From IMG/VR virus record IMGVR_UViG_3300025030_000068, positions 1 through 64,000 of that record: 64,000 bases of DNA. One strand, 5' to 3'. This DNA comes from a virus. Positions 1 through 8,509 of the stretch are shown piece after piece (positions within the stretch are counted from its first letter, which is position 1; each line of letters starts with the position of its first letter). The notes under the pieces were generated by a model. The model was given only the letters and a program-made list of their open reading frames with translations, made no database searches and was not told the origin of the DNA. The position numbers and the translations under genes are program-made.

Positions 1-467
1 CCCCCCAGCCGATCGATCGCCTTCACTATCGGCTTGCCGCCGTTGTCTCTGGTCTGCATGACCTTCTCCCGGAACTCCTCGAACGGCAGCGCCGTGATCT
101 TGCCCATGAAGCGGGGGTCGTCATAATGTGCGAGGTAGAACTTGCTGGCGGCGTCCATGCTCTCAAACGCCAGCAGCGCCTTTTCCTCGTCCGGGCTCGT
201 GAAGTCCGGCGCCTTCATCTGCGACACGATATAGACCTCCTGTGCCTCCGGGTGTTGGCCAATGAAGCAGTCGTAGTGGTCGCCGTCGCTGCCGAGCGTG
301 CCGCAAATGTAGCCGTATGGACGGCTCATGCGGGTCATCCCCTCGGTGCCGTCGTGGTCGTTTTTCCACTCCCGGATCGATCCAGCTCTGTTCTCGACAG
401 AGATTTCAAGGCCGCGAAAGTTGAGGCGACCATGCAGCTTTCTGGCAGATTTACGAAGGAGGATCAT
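1..467 (-). CDS. Partial ORF (runs off the window): polyvalent-protein-type inorganic pyrophosphatase-like (InPase) domain, putative internal virion protein
   Basis: Not in the ORF track. Manual translation from ATG 467 (ATGA overlap with the upstream stop): MILLRKSARKLHGRLNFRGLEISVENRAGSIREW...MSRPYGYICGTLGSDGDHYDCFIG...PDEEKALLAF...FYLAHY...EEFREKV...PIVKA. This matches the GLxISxEN / YGYIxGTxGxDGDHxDxF / DExK pattern of InPase domains. Confidence 0.75.
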   Translation of the reverse strand, partial: MILLRKSARKLHGRLNFRGLEISVENRAGSIREWKNDHDGTEGMTRMSRPYGYICGTLGSDGDHYDCFIGQHPEAQEVYIVSQMKAPDFTSPDEEKALLAFESMDAASKFYLAHYDDPRFMGKITALPFEEFREKVMQTRDNGGKPIVKAIDRLG

Positions 468-1024
468 TGCCCTCCGTCTCCTCTGTCCTTCGGTGTTGTG
501 CAAGGGCTGCCGAGTGCCGGATTGCGGTGAGGGCACGCTCTTGCGCACTGGTCGCATTGCTTGATGTGCGCTCGCAGGTCGGCCTCCAGCGTGGTCACGC
601 GGCGGGTGGTATCGACCCGGATCTCTGCGATCTGGGAGTTTGTAGTGTTGACCTTTTCGTGCAGCGCCGCTGTCGCTTGATTCATCATTTCGCTCATGCC
701 CTTGATCGCTCCCTGCAGATCACGGACGGCAAGATTAAAGGAAGCGGTGACGGTATTTTGCGCCTCTCGTAGCTCGTCAATAGCTCTGGTCGTCGCTGTT
801 TCCAGTCGCTGGATGGCCGCGTCGGAGCGTTCGAGGTTTTGGGTGATGGCGGTGTCTGCTCTGACGATGTTCTTTTCAATCGCTGCCTGTTTCGTGGTGA
901 CCAGTGCCAGCACCGCTTCTTTAAGGGCTGCGGCCAGAAACGCGACGATGGCGAGGAGTCCCAAGGTGAAGACCCAGGCCAGTGCCGGGTTGGTGTCGAA
1001 GACGGCTTTGAGTGCGGCGATCAT
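464..1024 (-). CDS. Membrane-anchored coiled-coil protein with Cys-rich C-terminus
   Basis: One N-terminal TM segment (LAWVFTLGLLAIVAFLAAAL), long heptad region, CxxCxxxC tail; translationally coupled to neighbours. Confidence 0.6.
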   Translation of the reverse strand: MIAALKAVFDTNPALAWVFTLGLLAIVAFLAAALKEAVLALVTTKQAAIEKNIVRADTAITQNLERSDAAIQRLETATTRAIDELREAQNTVTASFNLAVRDLQGAIKGMSEMMNQATAALHEKVNTTNSQIAEIRVDTTRRVTTLEADLRAHIKQCDQCARACPHRNPALGSPCTTPKDRGDGGQ

Positions 1025-1299
1025 TACTTTCCTCCTGTACGTGGTTTGATCAAAAAGAGGCGCAAGGCCAGTTCGGTATCTTCGATGGGGTTGTCCCTAT
1101 TGTCGCCCGGCCACCGCTGGCCAGAGGTCTTGTCTGGGTGCGGCAGGTGCCCGCTGTAGTCCGCCCGGACCGGGTTCTCGATGGCGATATCCCAATCGGT
1201 GTCGAGGGTGTCGTCTTCGAGCATCTCTTCCATGCCGTCGACGTCATTCGGGCCAGCCTTGTGCCCCTCGCAGGTTTCAAAGATCGTCCGTTTCTTCAT
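1024..1299 (-). CDS. Small acidic hypothetical protein
   Basis: 91-aa ORF overlapping the stop/start of both neighbours. Confidence 0.55.
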   Translation of the reverse strand: MKKRTIFETCEGHKAGPNDVDGMEEMLEDDTLDTDWDIAIENPVRADYSGHLPHPDKTSGQRWPGDNRDNPIEDTELALRLFLIKPRTGGK

Positions 1300-3221
1300 G
1301 CCGCTACCCTCTTTTCTGCAACGTATTTTTTGAGCCGACGCATGGTCGCCGCGTCACTCAGGTCAAGGCGTCCGCTCCAGTGGGTACCGAGGAGGAGTCC
1401 CTTGCCGAGTTCCTGCCCACCGTTCTTCATGTCGGCAATGTCCCACATCGTCTTCGGATCGTTCGAGGCGAGGATACGGCTGATGTGGCTGTGCATCTGT
1501 GCCGATATCTGGTTGACGTGGGTGGTGCGGTTCCCGGCGCGGACGTCCCGTGGTGCCCGCTTGAGTTCGTCGAGTCGATCCTTGATGCCCTCCTTGATGT
1601 TGCTCCAGTTCTTCGGCAAAAACCCGAAGCGTGCCCATGTGTAGCCGCCGACGTCGCAGTTGGCCGACACGTCAACGTGGGAGACGCCGAGGGCTTTATA
1701 GACGCCGAACGAGGCCCGGAACAGTCCCTTGGCACCGCCGTTGCCGGTGTCTCCTGCCGAAAAATAAGAGTGTGAGACCACGAGTTTGTCGTTCGTCTTG
1801 GTAAAATAACGGCTGATGCTGGTCCCGTCGTCTCCGGCGAACGAAACGTAAATGCTGTCATGTCCACTTGCTGCCATTTTGATCCCAAACTTGGTGGTGC
1901 CGCCGAAGTCGGCGATCATCGTCTTCGCCATTTGCAGCGCGGTCTCCTTGTCGACTCCCATGACGCTGTGAACAGCGGTGTCCGTGAGGGTGTCGACAAC
2001 CTCGGTGCGTCGGATGTTCTTGCCGATCTCCGCCTTGGCCTTAAACGTGTCCTCCCGCTCCAGCTTTGCCATAAGGCGAGCGGCTTCCCGGCGGATGCGG
2101 ACCATGTCTGCTGTCTGCACGTTTTGCCGAGCCCGCTGCGTTTCCGGCGTGTTCGGTACCCATGTGCCGGCTTGGTAGTTGCGGGCTTGCGTCTGCAACG
2201 TCGTGGGCTGGTCAAGATAACGGTTGGCGAGACGGTGGACTTCCGGATTCGGCCAAGGAGTGACGCGATCGTTGCTTCGTGTCCCTTCTCTGGTAACGGT
2301 CGTGCCGTCCAGTGGCACATTCGGACGCGGCACGAAGCCGAGTTGCGCTTCGGTCAGGTTCAGCGGGTTCGCCGAGTGCGGGACCGGATTGACCGGGAGG
2401 CGGCTCACAGGTGCCCGTGGTGCTCTGGGAGCACGGGGCGGTGCGGCTGAGGCAGATCGCGCCGGTTGCAGGCCCGTGTCGTTGGCGAGGTGGCGAATGT
2501 CGGTGATCTGGTCCGCCGGCAGTGTCGGTGCCCCTTCGGCCTGATGTCCCGGTATCGGCTGCCCGGCGATGTTGTAGCCGAAGTGCCGCAGCAGGGCTGC
2601 CCGGTAGTTGTCGGCTGCCGTGGTGTAGCCGTTGCTGCGGGTTGTCTGGATCGAGAGCAGCGCCTGCACCGGATCGGGGGCCGAGGTGGCGGCGGCGTGC
2701 AGCAGGTGGATCTTTCGCTGCGCCGAGAGCAGCGCCGAGTTCTGCATGTTGGAGGCGGTCAGCGTCGGCGGTACCGGGGCGGAGCCGAGGATGAGTTCGG
2801 GTTGATGGTTGGCAACAGCAGACTGCCCGGCGGCGCGGAGTGCCTGCTTGTAGTCATCGACGCGCTGGTAGTTGGTCCGGGTCCGTGACGTCGAGAAGTT
2901 GGCGATGCCATCGTAGTCGCCGCGTTCAGCCATGAGGCGCAACTGATTAACCCGCCGGGTGCAGCCGAGGTTAGACTCGCTGGTCTCCGGGAAGCGTGGC
3001 TGCGAGACCCGGCGCATGGCTGCGGCCATTGCGACCTTGGCCTGCTCCCGCGTGATCGATCCTTCTGTCGGGCCGGCCTGTGCTGATCCGACGCGGACCC
3101 AGCGGTGGACCTGATGGCCATTGACGTCGTTGACCATCCGCAGGACGTAGCCGGGGTGGTAGGCGCTGATCTGCGACTTAAAGAGGTCGTCTGGTGCCGG
3201 TCTGCGGCGGAGGAGGTACAT
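1296..3221 (-). CDS. Putative internal virion/polyvalent protein with C-terminal GNAT-like acetyltransferase domain
   Basis: N-terminal DDLFKS; two internal helical repeats; C-terminal GDTGNGGAKGLF...VDVSANCDVGGYTWARFGF resembles the GNAT acetyl-CoA loop and C-terminal motif. Confidence 0.6.
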   Translation of the reverse strand: MYLLRRRPAPDDLFKSQISAYHPGYVLRMVNDVNGHQVHRWVRVGSAQAGPTEGSITREQAKVAMAAAMRRVSQPRFPETSESNLGCTRRVNQLRLMAERGDYDGIANFSTSRTRTNYQRVDDYKQALRAAGQSAVANHQPELILGSAPVPPTLTASNMQNSALLSAQRKIHLLHAAATSAPDPVQALLSIQTTRSNGYTTAADNYRAALLRHFGYNIAGQPIPGHQAEGAPTLPADQITDIRHLANDTGLQPARSASAAPPRAPRAPRAPVSRLPVNPVPHSANPLNLTEAQLGFVPRPNVPLDGTTVTREGTRSNDRVTPWPNPEVHRLANRYLDQPTTLQTQARNYQAGTWVPNTPETQRARQNVQTADMVRIRREAARLMAKLEREDTFKAKAEIGKNIRRTEVVDTLTDTAVHSVMGVDKETALQMAKTMIADFGGTTKFGIKMAASGHDSIYVSFAGDDGTSISRYFTKTNDKLVVSHSYFSAGDTGNGGAKGLFRASFGVYKALGVSHVDVSANCDVGGYTWARFGFLPKNWSNIKEGIKDRLDELKRAPRDVRAGNRTTHVNQISAQMHSHISRILASNDPKTMWDIADMKNGGQELGKGLLLGTHWSGRLDLSDAATMRRLKKYVAEKRVAA

Positions 3222-3247
3222 GGGGGCTCCCTTGTGATGATAGGCGA

Positions 3248-3276
3248 AGTTTAACTTGTGTCGTTCCCTATATCAA
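3248..3276 (-). promoter_or_regulatory. sigma70-like promoter with overlapping operator
   Basis: Minus strand TTGATA-17 nt-TAAACT; the -35 box is embedded in TTGATATAGGGAAC. Confidence 0.65.
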
Positions 3277-3301
3277 TTTTTTTGCCTTATCGGTTAAACT
3301 A

Positions 3302-3340
3302 AAACCACCAGTTAAGGGCGGTTTCTTTTCTTTAGTGAAG
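3302..3340 (+). promoter_or_regulatory. Phage-specific promoter-like repeat, copy 1
   Basis: AAACCACCAGTTAAGGGCGGTTTCTTTTCTTTAGTGAAG, 29 nt upstream of the methylase ATG. Confidence 0.7.
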
Positions 3341-3369
3341 CGGTCACTTAACCGAAAAAGGGAGACTTT

Positions 3370-4566
3370 ATGCGCTACGGGAGCGTTTGTTCAGGAATAG
3401 AAGCGGCTACAGCGGCATGGCACCCGCTCGAATGGAAGCCAGTATTTTTCAGCGAGATCGAGCCGTTTCCCTGCGCCGTTCTTGCTCACCATTATCCGCA
3501 TGTGCCGAATCTTGGCGACATGACAAAATTCAAGGAGTGGCCGGATGCAATTATCGATGTTCTCGTTGGAGGAACCCCCTGTCAATCCTATTCAGTCGCA
3601 GGACTCAGAGCGGGACTGGGTGACCAGCGTGGCAACCTCATGCTTACCTATGTGGCGATTGCTCGGAAATATCGCCCCAAGTGGGTGGTCTGGGAGAACG
3701 TCCCCGGCGTCCTTTCAAGTAATGAGGGACGAGACTTTGGAAGCCTTCTGGGGCTGCTCACCGGACAGCACGTTGTCTGCCCCCCTACCGGATGGCAAAA
3801 CAGCGGAGTCGTGCCGGGGATCAAGGGGGCTTACGGCATCGCATGGAGAATCCTTGACGCTCAGTATTTCGGAGTGGCCCAAAGACGCCGCCGTGTGTTC
3901 GTTGTCGGATATCTTGGAGACTGGCGACGTGCCGCAGCGGTTCTTTTTGAGCGAGACAGCTTGTGCGGGAATTCTGCGCCGCGCAGAGAAAAGAGGGAAG
4001 AAGTTGCCGGAACTCTTGGCGCTCGCACTTCAGGGGGTGGCTTCCCTGGATCAGATGAAGCCATGAGCGGGTATGTGCAACCTGTGCATACGACAGGCGC
4101 CGGATTCTGGCAGGAGGGTTTCGGAACGCTCCGGGCACGGGAACAGGATAGCCACGAAAATCTGATCTGCATGTCCACCGGCCAAGCCGGAGCCGAGATA
4201 GGGATAGGGATAGGGACAACCCTCAACTGCAACCACGAAGCGCCCGTCGTATGCTTCGAGTCTCGTTTTGCGCGAAACGGTCGCGGTGCTCCAAGTGAGA
4301 TTTGTCCTCCTTTGAAGGCGGAGAATGGAGGGACGGGAAAGGGTGACGGTGCTCCGCTTGTCGCCTCAGCAGCGATGCAGGTACGCCGATTAATGCCCGT
4401 CGAGTGTGAAAGATTGCAGGGATTTCCCGACCACTTCACAAACATCCCCTGGCGCAAGAAGCCGGAGTCACCGGACGGGCCGCGATACAAGGCGTTGGGC
4501 AATAGTATGGCGGTGCCGTGTATGCGCTGGATCGGGGAGAGGATAGCATTGGTTGATTCGCTATAA
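3370..4566 (+). CDS. DNA (cytosine-5)-methyltransferase
   Basis: Motif I (SVCSGIEA), IV (GGTPCQSYS), VI (WENVPG), VIII (QRRRRVFVVG), IX (RRLMPVECERLQGFPD), X (YKALGNS). Confidence 0.95.
   Translation: MRYGSVCSGIEAATAAWHPLEWKPVFFSEIEPFPCAVLAHHYPHVPNLGDMTKFKEWPDAIIDVLVGGTPCQSYSVAGLRAGLGDQRGNLMLTYVAIARKYRPKWVVWENVPGVLSSNEGRDFGSLLGLLTGQHVVCPPTGWQNSGVVPGIKGAYGIAWRILDAQYFGVAQRRRRVFVVGYLGDWRRAAAVLFERDSLCGNSAPRREKREEVAGTLGARTSGGGFPGSDEAMSGYVQPVHTTGAGFWQEGFGTLRAREQDSHENLICMSTGQAGAEIGIGIGTTLNCNHEAPVVCFESRFARNGRGAPSEICPPLKAENGGTGKGDGAPLVASAAMQVRRLMPVECERLQGFPDHFTNIPWRKKPESPDGPRYKALGNSMAVPCMRWIGERIALVDSL
3545..4066 (+). CDS. Nested +1-frame ORF inside the C5-MTase (M.EcoHK31I beta-like second polypeptide)
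   Basis: Own RBS (AAGGAG 3532-3537, 7 nt before ATG); C-terminus CSLSDILETGDVPQRFFLSETACAGILRRAEKRGKKLP resembles the LxDILE...YxLS segment of C5-MTases. Confidence 0.65.
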   Translation: MQLSMFSLEEPPVNPIQSQDSERDWVTSVATSCLPMWRLLGNIAPSGWSGRTSPASFQVMRDETLEAFWGCSPDSTLSAPLPDGKTAESCRGSRGLTASHGESLTLSISEWPKDAAVCSLSDILETGDVPQRFFLSETACAGILRRAEKRGKKLPELLALALQGVASLDQMKP

Positions 4567-4570
4567 AATA

Positions 4571-4602
4571 AAGGCCGGGGCATTTCGCCTCGGCCTTTTT
4601 TT
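4571..4602. terminator. Bidirectional intrinsic terminator
   Basis: AAGGCCGGGGC-ATTTC-GCCTCGGCCTTTTTTT between convergent genes. Confidence 0.85.
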
Positions 4603-4603
4603 G

Positions 4604-6763
4604 TTACTTGTCGTCGGCCAGTTCGATATCGGCAAGCTGAACGACCGACGTCGGCTGGATCTTCATGTTGACCAAATGTCGGACCAAAACGCGGCCACCA
4701 TCGGGATCTTCGATAAGGACCATTCTCGCCTCGGCATCGCCCTTGTCGACGACCTCTTTAAACTTGACTACCATCCCCTCCTTTAGGTGGCTCTTTGGTT
4801 CAAGCGATCGCCGTGTCTCTCTTTCGTGCCGATCAAGCACCTCTTCAAGGTCATCTTGCAGGGGTTTCGGCCATGAAGCGTGTGCTTTAAACTTTCGGAT
4901 TTTCTCAATGGTTTTGAGGTAGGCTTTCGGTGTTGCGTAGTCGGGATGTGACACGTCAATCCCAAGCCCCCCACGGCCCTTCTTGTCGTGGTGCTCGTAG
5001 ACATCATGTAGCTGCTGAACCAGTTTGGCGTGCCGGTTGTCGTCATGTTCCTTGACCGCAGTCCCGTCCTTGCGGGTGTAAGCCTTGATATGACTCTTCA
5101 ACACCTCTTCCGCAATCCCCGTGCTCTTCTTCAGATCATCGATCTCTTTCATCTCGTTCCCCTTGGCAATGATAAGGTTCTTTCCTCTGCTGGTATTTAC
5201 CCACGTCCCCTTGCCATTGTCCAGCGACTTCGCCAGCTCACCGCAGGCCGTCAGCACTTGCCGACCGGCGATTCTCCGCAGCAGCAGGCCGGGGCCGACG
5301 ATCTTCACCGCTCCCTGCGACTTGATCATGTCGAGGTGGTCGGTCAGAGCCCGCAGGAACTCCCGGAACTCGTCGATGTTGCTCTTGCCCTTGAGGCGCT
5401 TGATGGCCGCGTCGTGGACCGGCTTGATCGCCTCATGGCTCCAGTTGCGTCCGGTCGGGTGCGCGATCTCCTTGCGCTTCATGGTGGCGGCGATATCGGC
5501 GGCGCTCTGGGGCTCGACGATGTTGCCGAGGCCGTACTTGCGGTTGAGCACCTCCTGCTCGACCGGCGTCAGGGTGCCGACCAGGCCGGCGATGGCGGCC
5601 TCCCGCTCTTGGATGCGGCGGAGTTGATGCTGCATGTCCGGGTCGAAGCTGTCGATCGCCGATTGATTCTCCCACCACGGCACCGCGTTGCCGCCGTCGG
5701 CCAGTTCGTCGGCGCCGTCCTCGTCCATGTACTGCATGCGCTCCTGGTGCGCCTTGCGCTCCTTCAGGGCAGCGACGACGGCATTGCGGCCTTCCTTGGT
5801 CGCGACCTTGAAGATGCGGCTGTCTTCGGCGTCACCTGTCAGGTAGTCCTCAAAATTGTCGATATCCACCTGTGATGCCGAGGAGAGTTCTCGCCGTAGT
5901 GCCAGCGTCGCGCCCATCATGTAGTCGCTGACCAGATCGTTGTACTCGAAGTTGTCGTCGCTCATGTAGACGCCATTGACGCGGCGGACATTCCCCGCCT
6001 GGATATAGTTGGACCCGGCCAGACCAGTGACGGTGCGACTCATCATCGACTGGAACTTGTCATTGGTGATGATCTCGCCTTCTGTCAACACGGTGGCAGC
6101 ACGGGCAGCCTCTGCTCGGCGGTTGTGCTCGGCGGCGGTCAGGCGGTTGGAGGTGCCGCCGGTATTCTCGTATTTGGTGTTCTTGACCCGCTTGGCTTCC
6201 CCTTCGGTCAGGATCGCTGAGGCGTGGACCGCGTGCATCGGGGCGGCGGCAGTCTTGCCGTCTGCGGCTCCCTGCACGACGTACATATTGCGGCCCAGCG
6301 GGCGGACGATGGTCCCCTTGCGCTGCCGGGTGATCCCTTCGTCCTTGACGTGGTAGCGGACCTTGTCGCCAGTTTCGAATTTTCCGGTACCGGGGGCGGC
6401 AGTGACAGCCTCATGTGCCGGGATGAAGACCTTGGCGGTCTTGGCCGCGTCCTTCAGCGTCTGGTGCTCGATGGCGAACTCTTTGCCGATCTGCGTTTTG
6501 CCGCTGGAGTGGGTCACCGTGACGTGGTAGTGGGTGGCGTCCTTGCCGGTCACCTTCAGCGCAAACTCTTTGCCGAGGCGCGACGGCATGCCTTCCGGGG
6601 TGGCGATGATCATCTCGGCGCCGGGGCTGATCTGCGTCTTGCTGCGCAGGTGGTCGCGTTTCGGCGTTTTTGCCTTCCAGCCGATCACCGAGACCTTGCC
6701 GCTGCGATTGTTGCGTGTGAAGGCGATATGGCCGCGATTGGTCTTAGGGGCGGTGTTCGGCAT
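4604..6763 (-). CDS. Multidomain putative virion protein containing a sigma70-like (region 2 + region 4) domain, KOW/SH3-like domains and an HVKxYTR tag
   Basis: YNDLVSDYMMGATLAL (cf. region 2.2 xDLxQEGxxGLxxA) and LTPVEQEVLNRKYGLG..EPQSAADIA...SHEAIKPVHDAAIKRLK (cf. region 4 LTxRExxVLxLRFGL..EPxTLxEIG...SRERVRQIExxALxKLR); also LKSHIKAYTRKDGTAVKEHDDNR. Confidence 0.7.
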   Translation of the reverse strand: MPNTAPKTNRGHIAFTRNNRSGKVSVIGWKAKTPKRDHLRSKTQISPGAEMIIATPEGMPSRLGKEFALKVTGKDATHYHVTVTHSSGKTQIGKEFAIEHQTLKDAAKTAKVFIPAHEAVTAAPGTGKFETGDKVRYHVKDEGITRQRKGTIVRPLGRNMYVVQGAADGKTAAAPMHAVHASAILTEGEAKRVKNTKYENTGGTSNRLTAAEHNRRAEAARAATVLTEGEIITNDKFQSMMSRTVTGLAGSNYIQAGNVRRVNGVYMSDDNFEYNDLVSDYMMGATLALRRELSSASQVDIDNFEDYLTGDAEDSRIFKVATKEGRNAVVAALKERKAHQERMQYMDEDGADELADGGNAVPWWENQSAIDSFDPDMQHQLRRIQEREAAIAGLVGTLTPVEQEVLNRKYGLGNIVEPQSAADIAATMKRKEIAHPTGRNWSHEAIKPVHDAAIKRLKGKSNIDEFREFLRALTDHLDMIKSQGAVKIVGPGLLLRRIAGRQVLTACGELAKSLDNGKGTWVNTSRGKNLIIAKGNEMKEIDDLKKSTGIAEEVLKSHIKAYTRKDGTAVKEHDDNRHAKLVQQLHDVYEHHDKKGRGGLGIDVSHPDYATPKAYLKTIEKIRKFKAHASWPKPLQDDLEEVLDRHERETRRSLEPKSHLKEGMVVKFKEVVDKGDAEARMVLIEDPDGGRVLVRHLVNMKIQPTSVVQLADIELADDK

Positions 6764-6794
6764 GGCGGAAACTCCTTGTGTTGATAATGGATGG

Positions 6795-6823
6795 ATTGTA
6801 TCTTTCCTTGTTTCCTATATCAA
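6795..6823 (-). promoter_or_regulatory. sigma70-like promoter/operator for the sigma-domain gene
   Basis: Minus strand TTGATA-TAGGAAACAAGGAAAGA(17)-TACAAT. Confidence 0.7.
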
Positions 6824-6834
6824 ATTATTTGCCC

Positions 6835-6873
6835 AAACCACCAGTTAAGGCGGGTTTCTTTTCTCTAGTGAAG
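6835..6873 (+). promoter_or_regulatory. Phage-specific promoter-like repeat, copy 2
   Basis: AAACCACCAGTTAAGGCGGGTTTCTTTTCTCTAGTGAAG followed by hairpins GAAGG-GACGAT-CCTTC and GCGCC-AGCG-GGCGC. Confidence 0.75.
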
Positions 6874-7008
6874 GGACGATCCTTCCACTTGACGAAGCGC
6901 CAGCGGGCGCACGGAACCGCCGGGTGGCCTGCCGGGGTTAAATCTCACGATCTCTTTTCCCGTGGTGCCGCGTCTGTCGCGGTATCGAAACTGAACTAGG
7001 GGGCTGCC

Positions 7009-7320
7009 ATGATTGCAAAAGTCTATTACCGTCGCTATGCCGCTTCCGAGCGCATGCTCTTTGCCGCCGATCCGAAACTCACTCTTGCCGATATCGCCTC
7101 CGAGCAGTTCGCTCTGGTCACTGATCTTCGCGCTGGCCGCCTTGAAGATATCTACCGGCATATGCAGGGCGAAGTCTGGTCACCGAACGGCGAGGCCCGC
7201 GACCTGATCCGCTCCCTCGGTCTTCATCATACTTCGATGTCCGTTGGCGATGTCGTCGTCGACGAGAACGGTACCGGCTGGCAGGTGGACGGCTGCGGCT
7301 TTGCGCGGGTAGGTGCGTGA
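7009..7320 (+). CDS. YodL-like domain protein
   Basis: LEDIY...HTSMSVGDVVV...WQVDGCGF matches the YodL-like pattern. Confidence 0.65.
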   Translation: MIAKVYYRRYAASERMLFAADPKLTLADIASEQFALVTDLRAGRLEDIYRHMQGEVWSPNGEARDLIRSLGLHHTSMSVGDVVVDENGTGWQVDGCGFARVGA

Positions 7321-7532
7321 TGACGACGACCTGCCATAACTGCGCTGCCACTTCCGACTCCATCGACGCGGCCATTGATGCCGGCTGGATTCCTTCGTAT
7401 TGGGAGGCGCTGCCGGCGCCAGAATCTGCCGACGGGCGCTGGACGGAGATCGACGGCCCGTTCTGCCCGGACTGTATTGGACTTCTGGGGCTGGTCTTTT
7501 GTGCCGATACCGGCGATTACGAAAAGCGCTAG
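7317..7532 (+). CDS. Small Zn-finger hypothetical protein
   Basis: CxxC...CxxC; coupled to the upstream gene. Confidence 0.55.
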   Translation: MMTTTCHNCAATSDSIDAAIDAGWIPSYWEALPAPESADGRWTEIDGPFCPDCIGLLGLVFCADTGDYEKR

Positions 7533-7690
7533 GAGGCCATCATGGAACACGTCTGCAACGGCTGCCTCGAATCCTTCTCCGCCAGTCTCTCCCGGTGTCC
7601 GCATTGCGGCAGCGACGATTGGGACTGCGTGGAGACGTCCGAACTTGAACTGCGCCGCTCCGGTGGCCTTGACTTTGATCTTTAAGGAGA

Positions 7691-7912
7691 TTGCCAGTGA
7701 CGCCAGAAGAGATTATCAAAAACATTGACGGGCGGGAATTCAGTAAGCAGCGCGAAATTCTGACGCGGATTATTGACTACGAATGCTACCGCCCAGATGC
7801 AGACGAACTTGAGTTTCTAGAGGGGCTCCGCAACCTGCTCGACACCGTTGCCGACTGTGCTGCGGACGATTATGGAATCCAGAGCCGCTATGGGAGTGAC
7901 TCTGACTGCTGA
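7691..7912 (+). CDS. Small acidic hypothetical protein
   Basis: RBS AAGGAG upstream; in operon. Confidence 0.5.
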   Translation: MPVTPEEIIKNIDGREFSKQREILTRIIDYECYRPDADELEFLEGLRNLLDTVADCAADDYGIQSRYGSDSDC

Positions 7913-8035
7913 TCTCCTGCGCCTGTATGCCCTTCGCATGCAGGCGCATTACTCGTTGCATCATTCCGCAATGCCCCTTCTCTTGATCCTTCTCCTTATC
8001 CTTATCCCTATCTTAAACCAAGAAAGGTACTCTCC

Positions 8036-8509
8036 ATGAAGATGCGACTCCGTCCTCGTTACTACTGCGACTTCTGCAAGAAGGCCAGTGGTTCCCCCTC
8101 GGCCATGAAGCGGCACGAGCAGGGCTGCACGGCAAATCCCGATCGCTTCTGTGGCCTCTGTGCCCGTGTCGGTGAAGAGCAGAAGCCTCTGGCGGATTTG
8201 GTTGCTGCGCTGGATTGTGGCGATGCAGCCGGGCTCAAAGCCGTTCGTGATCTCTCCGGGAATTGCCCGACCTGTATCCTTGCGGCGATTCGTGCATCTA
8301 AATTACAAACACCGGGGGAGATGGATAAATTTGAAAACGGCGAGGAACGGTGGATAGAGGGTTTCCACGTCGAGTTCGAGTTCCGCGACGAGTTGAAGTC
8401 GTGGTGGACGGACGTCAATAACTCCGAGCGCGAGTCTGGGTGCTATCCGGATCGTCTTCCCTCCTCCTCTGTTGAATTCCTGAAAGGTCTCATCGCCCAT
8501 GCTGAATAA
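8036..8509 (+). CDS. Cys-rich Zn-binding hypothetical protein
   Basis: YYCDFCKK...MKRHEQGC, plus two further CxxC. Confidence 0.65.
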   Translation: MKMRLRPRYYCDFCKKASGSPSAMKRHEQGCTANPDRFCGLCARVGEEQKPLADLVAALDCGDAAGLKAVRDLSGNCPTCILAAIRASKLQTPGEMDKFENGEERWIEGFHVEFEFRDELKSWWTDVNNSERESGCYPDRLPSSSVEFLKGLIAHAE

